Assembly (NCBI GenBank): GCA_050949525.1
Contig: JBMNFW010000001.1
Coordinates: forward strand, 591,890 to 655,889
From: Patescibacteria group bacterium
Lineage (GTDB): Bacteria > Patescibacteriota > Patescibacteriia > Patescibacteriales > UBA12465
Length of the DNA: 64,000 bases
Direction: 5' to 3'
Shown here: positions 8,700 to 18,438 of the stretch, one piece after another
Numbering within the stretch: position 1 is the stretch's first letter
Layout of the letters: each line of letters begins with the position of its first letter
Notes under the pieces: model-generated
What the model was told of the DNA's origin: nothing
Database searches by the model: none
What the model saw: only the letters and a program-made list of their open reading frames with translations
Translations under genes and position numbers: made by a program

Positions 8700-10466
8700 T
8701 TAATTACTTTCATCTAAGATTCGAAGCTGATACAAAGAAAAAACTGAATTATACTCCGACTTCAAATCAATATTTAAACCGAATTCTTTTAAACGCCGAT
8801 TATTTAAATACTCTAAATCAGCTGAACTTAAAGTAAAATTATAATAATATAATGGTAAATACTTAGCAATCTGATAATAATAATTTAACATATTATTATC
8901 ATCAAAACGACCAACTATTACCTTACGCTCGGGAAAAAAGAACTTATCATGATATTCGGTGATAATAACAGCTGAAGCTTCAGTAGACTCAGTGATGAAT
9001 TTAAGCTCTTCTCGCGCTTCAATTAGATTGGGAAAATAATGTTTTAAACCTTCTTCAGAACCCTGATACACAAAAAATAAAGAAGGCATAATAATACTTA
9101 AGCTAAGTATTGATGAACTTAATACTCGTATACTTCTCTTTTTGAAAAATGAAGTTAAATAATTACAAAACACAGCAGCTAAAGGTATTATTCCTAAATA
9201 AATGGGCAACCAATATCTAGTATAAGAGTTACCAATGGTCTGGCGACTAGGATCTGGATTATCAACAAAACGCCAAGAACCATAGTATAAAACTAAAATT
9301 AATGATAAAAGTAAATAAGCAATAATAAAAGACCAGTTTTTCTTTAAAAAATCTCTTCGTTTAACAAATAAATAAAGTCCACCTCCAATCGCTGGAATAA
9401 TTAACCAATAAAACATTTTAGGAACATAAGCTAAAAACATTTGCCACGATTGACGAGGATGAAAACCAAAATAGAAAATAGTTTTAAAAATTGATTCAAA
9501 ATAACTTCCTAATTCCTGCCACGATCCACTAAAAACTGACTTGATAATATTACCACTAGCCTGACCAAGATTTTCAATTGATTGATTCATTTCATAATAA
9601 CCACCAAAAAAAAGGGAACCATGCAACACTTGATTATAATAAAACACTGGCATTAAAGCTAGAAAAGCAAACGATATCATTACACCCAAACGGAAAAAAC
9701 TTAATTGACGATATCTTAAAATCAATAATAAAAGTCCAGCTGGAAAAATCCAAACTAATTCTGAAGCTCGAACTCCAATACTAAGACCAATAAAAATTCC
9801 AACTAAAGCTGAATAAAGAAAATCAAAACCCCATAATTTTTTCCAATACTCCAATCTTGCCTCAACTTTTAAATTTCTCAATAAAAAACTACCAGACTTA
9901 ACTGGTCTTTTTTCTAAAAGAATTATCAAAAAATAAACTGCAATAATAAAAAAAGAAATAAAAAGAATATTATGAAAGAGGCTACGACTAGTATAAAAAA
10001 TAAAAACTGGAAAAGACGCCAAAAAAAGAAATGATTTTCTAGCAATTCCAATATTGTTAAAAACCTTTTTAATAATTAAATAATAAAAAATCAAAGCAAT
10101 CGAAGCAAATAAGGGACTTAAAAAAGGAATTAACCCCGAGCCCAAAAAACGAGCCATTTGACCATAAATTAAAATAATACCCAAAAAACTAACGGGCTTC
10201 ATTACCCCTTGCCAAGAAACATAACTTCGCGGATGAATTAAATCTTGAGCTACTAAATTATACTTTTCAAAAATAGATAATTCTCTGTTTTCAGAATATA
10301 ATTTAGAAAAAACATAATTAGCATTTTCATCCGGAGAAAAAAATTTTACAAAACCCTGCTGTCTTTGCCAAAAAGGTAAAATTGAACTCAAAATAAAAAA
10401 CAATAAAACCCCAATTACCAAAATGGGATCGATTTTTCTTTTCTTTTTTTCTAAACTTTTTTCCAT
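8700..10466 (-). CDS. Polytopic membrane protein, GT-C fold glycosyltransferase-like (ArnT/PMT family 39-like)
   Basis: More than 10 hydrophobic segments. A first-loop FSPDENANYVF (DE motif) occupies the position GT-C enzymes use. No closer assignment is possible by eye. Confidence 0.4.
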   Translation of the reverse strand: MEKSLEKKKRKIDPILVIGVLLFFILSSILPFWQRQQGFVKFFSPDENANYVFSKLYSENRELSIFEKYNLVAQDLIHPRSYVSWQGVMKPVSFLGIILIYGQMARFLGSGLIPFLSPLFASIALIFYYLIIKKVFNNIGIARKSFLFLASFPVFIFYTSRSLFHNILFISFFIIAVYFLIILLEKRPVKSGSFLLRNLKVEARLEYWKKLWGFDFLYSALVGIFIGLSIGVRASELVWIFPAGLLLLILRYRQLSFFRLGVMISFAFLALMPVFYYNQVLHGSLFFGGYYEMNQSIENLGQASGNIIKSVFSGSWQELGSYFESIFKTIFYFGFHPRQSWQMFLAYVPKMFYWLIIPAIGGGLYLFVKRRDFLKKNWSFIIAYLLLSLILVLYYGSWRFVDNPDPSRQTIGNSYTRYWLPIYLGIIPLAAVFCNYLTSFFKKRSIRVLSSSILSLSIIMPSLFFVYQGSEEGLKHYFPNLIEAREELKFITESTEASAVIITEYHDKFFFPERKVIVGRFDDNNMLNYYYQIAKYLPLYYYNFTLSSADLEYLNNRRLKEFGLNIDLKSEYNSVFSLYQLRILDESN

Positions 10467-10480
10467 AGAAAAACCTTAGC

Positions 10481-10524
10481 AAAAAAGAGCTTAATAAGCA
10501 ACAAAGGACCTATGGTCCTTTGTT
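10481..10524 (-). terminator. Rho-independent terminator after the 886-aa gene
   Basis: 11-bp perfect stem AACAAAGGACC / GGTCCTTTGTT (10500..10524) with a 3-nt loop. On the minus strand it is followed by the small GCTT-ATT-AAGC hairpin and a T6 run (plus-strand A6 at 10481..10486). Confidence 0.6.
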
Positions 10525-10547
10525 ATTATTATTCTTTATTTATAAAA

Positions 10548-13208
10548 TTATAAACCTAAAATATCTTTAACTCCAGCTCTAAAATCCTTAACACTAAAAG
10601 ATCCATCACTATTAGTATTAACCATTAAAACCCTTTCTTCTAAATCAGCCTCATCTAAACTTAGACCACCTCCCATATCTAAACCTTCTTCTAATCTAAT
10701 ACCTCCGGCTCGAGGAAAACTAACATTAACCATTTTACCATCCGGAGCTTGTAAAGAATAGCCGGTTCCATTGCTTAATTTTATAACTCTCACTTCATCT
10801 AAATCCTTACCTAAAATTTCTTTAATATTATTTTGATTAGAAAAAGCTTCATTAACATTAGAAAAAGAATCAATTCCACTTTCAGTAATTAAAGATTGCT
10901 CTGAAGTAGAAATTGCCTCATCAGCCCCAACCTCTTCTGATACCACTTCACTACCAGCTAATTCTTCAACCACTCCCTTTTCACCCCCATCAACCACCGA
11001 ACTCGAACCTGCTTCTTTAAAGAAATCTGAATCTGAGGATAAGACATTACCTTCACCATCAGTCATAACCAACTTTCCATCAGGACCCATCTCGATTTTT
11101 CCAGCTTTAAAATCACTATAAGGATATTCAGGACTTAAATCAATTCCTTCTTGAGAAAGAACACTTCCTTCACTATCTTTTATTATTAATTGTCCATCTG
11201 AACCCCTTTCTATACTTCCAGCTTCTACATCATCATAACTTTCCACATTATCCACCACTGGAACCTCTTCTTCTGTAACACTGATATTAGAATCAATTGA
11301 TGTCTCTTCAACCACTGGCTCTACTGATTCAACAATCGATTCCTGACTATCAATATATCGAGGGTTATCAACTATTCCCTGTTTACAAATAACTGTCACC
11401 TCACCATCCTGACCTAAAATTACTTCATCTCCTGGATGTACAATTTTACTACTAGCGCTAGCAATAACTGACTCACCACTCTCACTATCTAGAAATTTAA
11501 CCTGATAATCACTACTCATATGTCCATCAAAAATCTTAGAAACACCCTCACCAGAATCAATACTTACAGCTTTTTGGACTGGAACAGTTATTTCTTCAAA
11601 ATTACCTTGAGCAGAGATCTCACTCTCAACCACACTTTCAGTTTCAACCTCTAAATTACTATCACCAACTTCAATCTCTGGTTCCGGACTCTCAACACTG
11701 ACAGTCTCAACCTCTGGCTCAGAAGCCAAACTTTCAACTTTAGTCTCCACATGACTAGTTTCACCACTAGATCTAAGCCCATCAATGATATCAGGAGCTA
11801 GGGCTCCTAAAAGAGCTCCGCCAGTTTTAAAAAGATATGAACCTAACTTATTATTCAGCTTAAGTCTTTGTAAATCCTTATTAGCCCTTCTATTAATATC
11901 AATGGCCTGAAAACGAGCTTCAAGAAGGTGACTATATTTTTCAGACTCCTCAATCTGTTTTTTAAGCTTTAAATATCTTTCGGGATCTAATTTTTTTAAA
12001 GACTTAGTTCTAATTTCATCCAAAGCTCGAACCCGATAATCTTCGGCCATATCTAATAATCTATAAGTATGATGAAAACCTGCATCTTCGGAATCAAGGT
12101 TATTGGCTGCTAAATCTATATAAGAAGTTCGAAGTTCTTTAATATTAGAATTAAAGGCATTTTCATCAAAAGAAACTTGTCTATCTTTAGACTTCTTAAG
12201 AGCTACCGCATCAACTAATCCCCCAACTTTCCAGCCCACATAAGCACCTAAAACATTTCTCACTACCGGAACTTCTCGAGCTATAGCTCCAGCACTAATA
12301 GCTAATCCACTAATAATAGTAGTCTTGATAGCTTTATTTTCAATAGAAGTATCTTTTTCTGAGAAAAACTTTTTAAACTTATTAAATCTACCGGTACTTC
12401 TCTGAGCTAATTCTTCTTCACGCTCACTTAAATCTCTTTCCATCTCCAACTGAAATTTATACTTCTTAATTAAGCTCTCCCGAGTCTCGGAGTCTAATCC
12501 AGGATATTTATTAAAAATATATTCACTGATATAAGAATATTGCTTCTTATCATCTTTATCAATAAAAAATTCTTCATTAAAGCTTTTCTCTTGTTTTTCT
12601 ATTTGTTTAATAAAAATAGAAGAAACTAAAGCGTTCTCTAAATCCTTTTTATTTAAAGACTTTTTAATACTATCAGCCCTATCTTTAATCTTTTTTTCAT
12701 CTTTCTTATCAGAAATATATTTTTCTAAACTACGAAAAACCGCTAAACCAGCCATAGCTCCTAAACCAGCAGAGCTTAAACTTATTAAAGCAGTACCAGC
12801 TAAATAGGCCGAAACTTTAATTAAAGATCGAGGAATTCTCTTTTTTCCAATTTTAATTCCTTTTTTCTCACTTAAAACCTCGGTTTTAGCTTGAAGTAAA
12901 ATTCGATCTTCTTGAGCTTTAAAAATATCACGAAGATCATCCCTATCTAAACCTAAATCTTTTTGCACTTCTGCTAACATTTTCTCAATATTAGAGATAC
13001 CCTCTTTATCCTTATCCTTTTTATCCTTATCTTCAGTTGGAAAAATATCAATACCAGGGTTTTTTATAATATACTCACTAAAAAGCTTTATATGGGAAAA
13101 AGAATCTTTAGATCTAATATCTTTTTCTCTAATATCGGTTCCCTTTAACTCTTTAACATCCTTAACAATATTTCCCAGAACCCGATTTTCTAGTTTTGAT
13201 GACTTCAT
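10548..13208 (-). CDS. Hypothetical large protein: membrane-associated N-terminal two-thirds, highly acidic repeat-containing C-terminal third
   Basis: Gly/Ala-rich hydrophobic segments (VSAYLAGTALISLSSAGLGAMAGLAVF, TTIISGLAISAGAIA, LFKTGGALLGALAP). The acidic tail holds repeated units GSIERGSDGQLIIKDSEGSVLSQ and GKIEMGPDGKLVMTDGEGNVLSS. I recognise no family. Confidence 0.5.
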   Translation of the reverse strand: MKSSKLENRVLGNIVKDVKELKGTDIREKDIRSKDSFSHIKLFSEYIIKNPGIDIFPTEDKDKKDKDKEGISNIEKMLAEVQKDLGLDRDDLRDIFKAQEDRILLQAKTEVLSEKKGIKIGKKRIPRSLIKVSAYLAGTALISLSSAGLGAMAGLAVFRSLEKYISDKKDEKKIKDRADSIKKSLNKKDLENALVSSIFIKQIEKQEKSFNEEFFIDKDDKKQYSYISEYIFNKYPGLDSETRESLIKKYKFQLEMERDLSEREEELAQRSTGRFNKFKKFFSEKDTSIENKAIKTTIISGLAISAGAIAREVPVVRNVLGAYVGWKVGGLVDAVALKKSKDRQVSFDENAFNSNIKELRTSYIDLAANNLDSEDAGFHHTYRLLDMAEDYRVRALDEIRTKSLKKLDPERYLKLKKQIEESEKYSHLLEARFQAIDINRRANKDLQRLKLNNKLGSYLFKTGGALLGALAPDIIDGLRSSGETSHVETKVESLASEPEVETVSVESPEPEIEVGDSNLEVETESVVESEISAQGNFEEITVPVQKAVSIDSGEGVSKIFDGHMSSDYQVKFLDSESGESVIASASSKIVHPGDEVILGQDGEVTVICKQGIVDNPRYIDSQESIVESVEPVVEETSIDSNISVTEEEVPVVDNVESYDDVEAGSIERGSDGQLIIKDSEGSVLSQEGIDLSPEYPYSDFKAGKIEMGPDGKLVMTDGEGNVLSSDSDFFKEAGSSSVVDGGEKGVVEELAGSEVVSEEVGADEAISTSEQSLITESGIDSFSNVNEAFSNQNNIKEILGKDLDEVRVIKLSNGTGYSLQAPDGKMVNVSFPRAGGIRLEEGLDMGGGLSLDEADLEERVLMVNTNSDGSFSVKDFRAGVKDILGL

Positions 13209-13229
13209 ATGTTTATTCTTTAATTTTTA

Positions 13230-13559
13230 TTAAACAAATTGGGCTAAAAAACTATCCATCTCAGCTTTAATTTTTTCTTCAATATCTGGAATATATTTCT
13301 TAATAATTTTTTCTAATTGTTCAGAATCAGGTGATAAATCTTCATCGGCCACCACAGCTTCGTATTCTTTTAATCCTTCAGCACTTAAATTTTCTAAAAT
13401 AACTAAACCTAAACGTCGAGTAATTTGTGATTCTAAATTTCCTTTAAAATCACTTAACTCCTCCGGAGGAAGATTCTCCATTTTTAATTTTTTGACCACT
13501 TCATCAACTATGGTCTGAACTTCATTTTTATCCATTAGGTTTGTTTTAGAATTACTCAT
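13230..13559 (-). CDS. Small acidic helical hypothetical protein
   Basis: A 109-aa ORF, tightly spaced between PBP2 and the 886-aa gene on the same strand. No motif recognised. Confidence 0.5.
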   Translation of the reverse strand: MSNSKTNLMDKNEVQTIVDEVVKKLKMENLPPEELSDFKGNLESQITRRLGLVILENLSAEGLKEYEAVVADEDLSPDSEQLEKIIKKYIPDIEEKIKAEMDSFLAQFV

Positions 13560-13615
13560 AAAAACTTAAATTAATTATAATTAAATACTATCTTAGTATA
13601 ACATATTTTATAACT

Positions 13616-15649
13616 TTAGTCAAATTTGCGACTAAAATACCAATCTAAAATTTCACCAGCAATAGTGGTAGCAATTTGACTACCCTCCTTACCTTCTTCA
13701 ACTAAAACTGTTAAAACTATTTCAGGATTTTTATAGGGAGCAAAAGAAGTAAACCAAGCATGAGGATCTTTATTAAGTCCCCACTGAGCCGTTCCAGTCT
13801 TACCAGCCGCTTCAACTGGTAACAAACTTAATCGAGCAGCACTACCGCTAGTAACTGCCTGTCTTAAACCCTCTCTAACACTTTCAATATTTTTTCGACT
13901 AATAAAATCGGATCGGATTAATTCTGATTCAATATGTCGCACAGTCTGATTATTATTATCTAAAACTTCTTTAACTAAATGAGGTCGATAAAGTTTACCA
14001 TAATTAGCAAAAAAAGAAGTAAAATTAGCTACTTGTAGTGGACTAACTAAAATGTCACCCTGTCCAATAGACAAATGATAAGTATTTCCAATATACCAAG
14101 CCTCACCTCGACTTTTTTCTTTCCATTCTGGACTAGGAATAAAACCACTGGCTTCTTGAGGTAAATCAATTCCCCCCTGTTGTCCTAAGCCAAATAAACT
14201 TAAATACTCAATCATTTTATTAATCCCTAAACCAGAAAAATTATCATAACCGCCACCAATATAATAAAAGAAAGTATTCACTGATTCAGCTAAAGCTTTT
14301 TTAACATTAGTTAAACCATGTCCACCAGCTTTCCAATCAGGAAAAAACCACGGACCAACCGAAATCCCTCCAGTACTATTAATCAAAGTTCGATCCGAAA
14401 TAATACCTTCTTCCAGGGCCATAGCGGCCACCACTGGCTTTAAAGTTGATCCAGATGGAAAATTACCACTAACAGCTCGATTTAAAAAAGGTTCATTCGG
14501 ATCATTATTTAAAGCATTAAAATCAGCCTGACTAATACCTCGAGAAAAAATATTATTATCATAAGAAGGCCAACTAATTAATGTTAAAATCTCCCCATTA
14601 TTAGGATTCAAAGCAACTACCGAGGCTCGCTTCATTCGATTCTGACTTAAATGTTTTTTTAATATTTCCTCTGATTGTCTTTGTAGGTCTAAATCTAAAC
14701 TCAAAACCAAACTATGCCCATCTTCTGATAAAATCTGTGACACTACCTTTTTTTCTCTTCCCAAAGCATCAACCTCAATGTTTTTTTTACCCTTAATTCC
14801 CTTTAGTTCATTTTCATAAAAATATTCTAAACCTGATTTTCCAATATAATCAATTAAAGAATATTCACTACCAAAAAACTCTAAATCTCTTTCAGAAACT
14901 TTTCCCGTATAACCTAAAATATGAGACAAGCTTAAACTATTCTCACTTGAACTTAAATATCGTCGCCTCATCTTAATCGATAGAGAAATTCCCGGCATAG
15001 TTTCAGCTTCTAAATAAACTTTCAAAGCTGAATCATAATCAATATTATCCATCAAAAATAAAGGGCGATAAGATTCTAAAGAACCATATTTAATTTTATC
15101 TAATTTATTCTTAATTTCATAAAAATGAGGACTATCTGAAACCAAGGCTAAACCAGAATCAAGATATTTTTCTAAATTTTGTTCCTCTAAACCAGAAATA
15201 ATATTAGCTAATCGCCTAATAATTTCATCACGATAGAGATCATCAGCTGGCAAATCAATTGGAGTTAAATAAAGAACAAAATTAGCCTCATTTTTAACTA
15301 AAGGACTAAAATCAGAGGAATATATAATCCCTCTCTTCGGCTCAATATCTTCCACCCTAATCCTATTACCTTCAGCTAATAATCGATAATCACTACCCTT
15401 CACTACTTGCAACCACAAAAGACGACTTAATAAAACAAAAAAAGAAAGAAATAAAACAATTATTATTTGCGAAACCTTACTTAAATCAAAAGATCGTCGC
15501 AAAACTTCTTTATCATTTTCGCCAAATAAAAAAGAGTCCTCCATCCAAGATAGGTGATAATATGAATCTTTTAAATTAGAAAAACGATACTTTTTTTCTT
15601 TAATTAAAAACGGATCGTCTTTTTTTCTTCTCTCTCTTCTCATATCCAA
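13616..15649 (-). CDS. mrdA: Penicillin-binding protein 2-type transpeptidase
   Basis: N-terminal membrane anchor (IIIVLFLSFFVLLSRLLWLQVV), SxxK in SGSTLKP, SxN in ESVNTF and KTG in AGKTGTA. Confidence 0.85.
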   Translation of the reverse strand: MDMRRERRKKDDPFLIKEKKYRFSNLKDSYYHLSWMEDSFLFGENDKEVLRRSFDLSKVSQIIIVLFLSFFVLLSRLLWLQVVKGSDYRLLAEGNRIRVEDIEPKRGIIYSSDFSPLVKNEANFVLYLTPIDLPADDLYRDEIIRRLANIISGLEEQNLEKYLDSGLALVSDSPHFYEIKNKLDKIKYGSLESYRPLFLMDNIDYDSALKVYLEAETMPGISLSIKMRRRYLSSSENSLSLSHILGYTGKVSERDLEFFGSEYSLIDYIGKSGLEYFYENELKGIKGKKNIEVDALGREKKVVSQILSEDGHSLVLSLDLDLQRQSEEILKKHLSQNRMKRASVVALNPNNGEILTLISWPSYDNNIFSRGISQADFNALNNDPNEPFLNRAVSGNFPSGSTLKPVVAAMALEEGIISDRTLINSTGGISVGPWFFPDWKAGGHGLTNVKKALAESVNTFFYYIGGGYDNFSGLGINKMIEYLSLFGLGQQGGIDLPQEASGFIPSPEWKEKSRGEAWYIGNTYHLSIGQGDILVSPLQVANFTSFFANYGKLYRPHLVKEVLDNNNQTVRHIESELIRSDFISRKNIESVREGLRQAVTSGSAARLSLLPVEAAGKTGTAQWGLNKDPHAWFTSFAPYKNPEIVLTVLVEEGKEGSQIATTIAGEILDWYFSRKFD

Positions 15650-15697
15650 TATTATTTAGTATAGAATAATTAACCCCTAAAAGCAATAAAAAAATAA

Positions 15698-15726
15698 TTG
15701 AAAAAGACTAGTTAAAATGCTAAAAT
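15698..15726 (+). promoter_or_regulatory. Sigma70-like promoter for polA-murD-holA
   Basis: TTGAAA (15698..15703), 17-nt spacer, TGc-TAAAAT (15721..15726), 6 nt upstream of the ATG at 15733. The transcript would be nearly leaderless. Confidence 0.4.
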
Positions 15727-15732
15727 AGGTTT

Positions 15733-18438
15733 ATGAAAAATAGATTAATAATAATAGATGGGCACGCTTTGATTCATCGTAGTTTTCATGCCCTACCAAC
15801 TACTCTTAGAACTAAATCAGGTCAAATAACTAACGCTGTTTATGGTTTTAGCTCTTTTTTAATTAAAGCTTTAGATGAACTTAAGCCTAATCAGGCTATC
15901 CTAAGTTTAGATAAAAAAGGAACTACCTTTAGGCATCAAATTTTTAAAGATTACAAAGCTAATCGAGTTAAAGCCCCAGACGAACTATATCAACAAATAC
16001 CTCTGGTTAAGGAAGTGGCTCAAGCTTTTGGTTTACCAATAATAGAGTTAGAAGGATTTGAAGCTGACGATCTAATTGGCACTCTAGTTAAAACCATTAA
16101 TACCCAAGAACCTAAAACAGAAATAATAATTATTACTGGAGATAGTGATACCCTTCAACTCGTCAATCCGCAAACTAAAGTCTATACTATGAGTCGAGGC
16201 TTAAATGATTCTATCCTCTATGATGAAGCTAAGGTTATGGAGCGCTTTCAACTTAAACCCCAACAATTAATTGATTTAAAAGCTTTAAAAGGTGATGCCA
16301 GTGATAATATTCCCGGAGTTCCGGGAGTGGGAGAAAAAACTGCTCAAGAGTTATTAAAAAACTTTGAAACCTTAGAAAATATTTATAACAACATTAATGA
16401 CCCGAGAATAAAAGAGAGAACTAGAAAATTACTATTGGAGCATCGTGAATTGGCTTTTCTAAGTCAAAAATTAGTTAGAATTGACTCTGATGTCCCAATT
16501 TCTTTTGATTTTAACCAATCTCAACTGGACTCTGTTGATAAAAATACCCTTAATGATATATTTAAAAAATTAGAATTTAGATCTTTACTCCCCCGAATAT
16601 TAAAATTAAAATTCATTGATAAAAAAGGTTCGGATAAATTTTCTCGCAACCAAGAAAGCTTCAATTATCAACTTATTAATACCGACACTCAATTTAAATC
16701 TTTTCTAAGCGAACTTAAAAAACAATCTCTCATCGCCTTTGACACTGAAACCAACTCCCTTAAAGCTCTAGAAGCTAAATTAATTGGAATTAGCTTCTGT
16801 TGGAAAGCTGATGAAGCCTATTTTCTCGATTTACGAAATGATAATTTAAGTCAATGGTTACAAGAAATGAAAAGTGTTTTCGAGAATGAAAAAGTCGAAA
16901 AAATTGCTCACAATCTCAAATACGATCTACAAGTTCTCCAAAACTATAATATCAATATTAAAGGAAAAGTATTTGATACTATGATTGCCTCTTATCTTCT
17001 TAATCCTGAAAATCGTCAACATAGCCTAGACTCACTATCTTTTACTGAATTAAATTGGGAAAAAATAAGTTCAGAAGAATTATTAGGTGATAAAAATAAT
17101 AAATTTGAAGATTTAGAAGCTAAAAAATTAGCTCTTTATTCAGCTGAAGATGCTGATTGTACTTTTAAACTTCAAGCGATTTTAAAAAAGAAATTAAAAC
17201 AACGAAATCTTCTTGATCTCTTTGAAAAATTAGAAATCCCTTTACTAAAAGTTCTATCAGATATGGAAAGAACTGGAATTAAAATAGATCTTCAATTTTT
17301 AAAAAACCTAGGAGCTAACATCAAAAAAGATATTAAAATTATTAGTTCCGACATTTATCAATTATCCAATCAAAAATTTAATCTCAACTCTCCACAACAA
17401 TTACAAGAAGTATTATTCAATGATTTAAAAATTAATAGTGTTGGTATTAAAAAAACTAAAACGGGATTATCAACGGCTAGCGAACAATTAGATAAAATTA
17501 GAGATCTTCATCCAATTATTCCCTTAATCCAAAATTATCGAGAATTAAAAAAACTAAGTTCCACCTATATCGAATCCCTACCACAATTAGTAAATACTAA
17601 AACTAATAGAATTCATAGCAATTTTAATCAAACTATTACTGTCACTGGTCGCTTATCATCCTCTGATCCTAATCTACAAAACATTCCCGCCCGAACTGAA
17701 CTAGGAAGACAAATTAGACAAGCTTTTGTAGCCGGAAAAGAAAAGTATCTTCTAAGTTTAGATTATTCCCAAATTGAACTTCGAGTTATGGCTCATCTAT
17801 CAGAAGACGAATCCCTATTATCAGCTTTTAAAAATAAAATAGATATTCATCGAGCCACAGCAGCTAAAATTAAAAACATTCCCTTGGAGAAAATTTCTAA
17901 CTTTGATCGACAAGAAGCTAAGGCAATTAACTTTGGTATTATTTATGGTCAAGGTCCGCATGGTTTAAGTCAAAGTGCCCGAATTTCCTATCAAGAAGCG
18001 CGAAATTTCATCCAACAATATTTTCAATCATATCCAGGAGTTAAAAAATTCATTGATTATAGTATTGCTACGGCACAAAAAAAAGGCTATACTAACACTA
18101 TTTTAAACCGAAGTCGATATATTCCTGACATTAACTCCAGTGAAGTGTTAAAAAGAAAAGCCGCCGAAAGAATGGCTATCAACAGTCCAATTCAAGGAAG
18201 TGCAGCTGATATCATTAAAAAAGCCATGATAGAAATTTATCGGGAAATAGAAAACCAGAATGATATAAAACTGCTTTTACAAGTCCATGATGAATTAATT
18301 TTTGAAGTCCAAGAATCTAAATTAGAATTATACTATCCCCGAATAAAAAAAATAATGGAGAATGTATTTAAATTAAAAGTTCCCTTAGTAGTCGAAGTTC
18401 AATATGGAAAAAACTGGGGTCAACTAAAAAATATTTAA
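15733..18438 (+). CDS. polA: DNA polymerase I
   Basis: 5'-nuclease N-terminus (LIIIDGHALIHRSFHALP; GDASDNIPGVPGVGEKTA), a 3'-5' exonuclease-like region (AFDTETNSL) and polymerase motifs (DYSQIELRVMAH; QVHDELIFE). Confidence 0.95.
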   Translation: MKNRLIIIDGHALIHRSFHALPTTLRTKSGQITNAVYGFSSFLIKALDELKPNQAILSLDKKGTTFRHQIFKDYKANRVKAPDELYQQIPLVKEVAQAFGLPIIELEGFEADDLIGTLVKTINTQEPKTEIIIITGDSDTLQLVNPQTKVYTMSRGLNDSILYDEAKVMERFQLKPQQLIDLKALKGDASDNIPGVPGVGEKTAQELLKNFETLENIYNNINDPRIKERTRKLLLEHRELAFLSQKLVRIDSDVPISFDFNQSQLDSVDKNTLNDIFKKLEFRSLLPRILKLKFIDKKGSDKFSRNQESFNYQLINTDTQFKSFLSELKKQSLIAFDTETNSLKALEAKLIGISFCWKADEAYFLDLRNDNLSQWLQEMKSVFENEKVEKIAHNLKYDLQVLQNYNINIKGKVFDTMIASYLLNPENRQHSLDSLSFTELNWEKISSEELLGDKNNKFEDLEAKKLALYSAEDADCTFKLQAILKKKLKQRNLLDLFEKLEIPLLKVLSDMERTGIKIDLQFLKNLGANIKKDIKIISSDIYQLSNQKFNLNSPQQLQEVLFNDLKINSVGIKKTKTGLSTASEQLDKIRDLHPIIPLIQNYRELKKLSSTYIESLPQLVNTKTNRIHSNFNQTITVTGRLSSSDPNLQNIPARTELGRQIRQAFVAGKEKYLLSLDYSQIELRVMAHLSEDESLLSAFKNKIDIHRATAAKIKNIPLEKISNFDRQEAKAINFGIIYGQGPHGLSQSARISYQEARNFIQQYFQSYPGVKKFIDYSIATAQKKGYTNTILNRSRYIPDINSSEVLKRKAAERMAINSPIQGSAADIIKKAMIEIYREIENQNDIKLLLQVHDELIFEVQESKLELYYPRIKKIMENVFKLKVPLVVEVQYGKNWGQLKNI

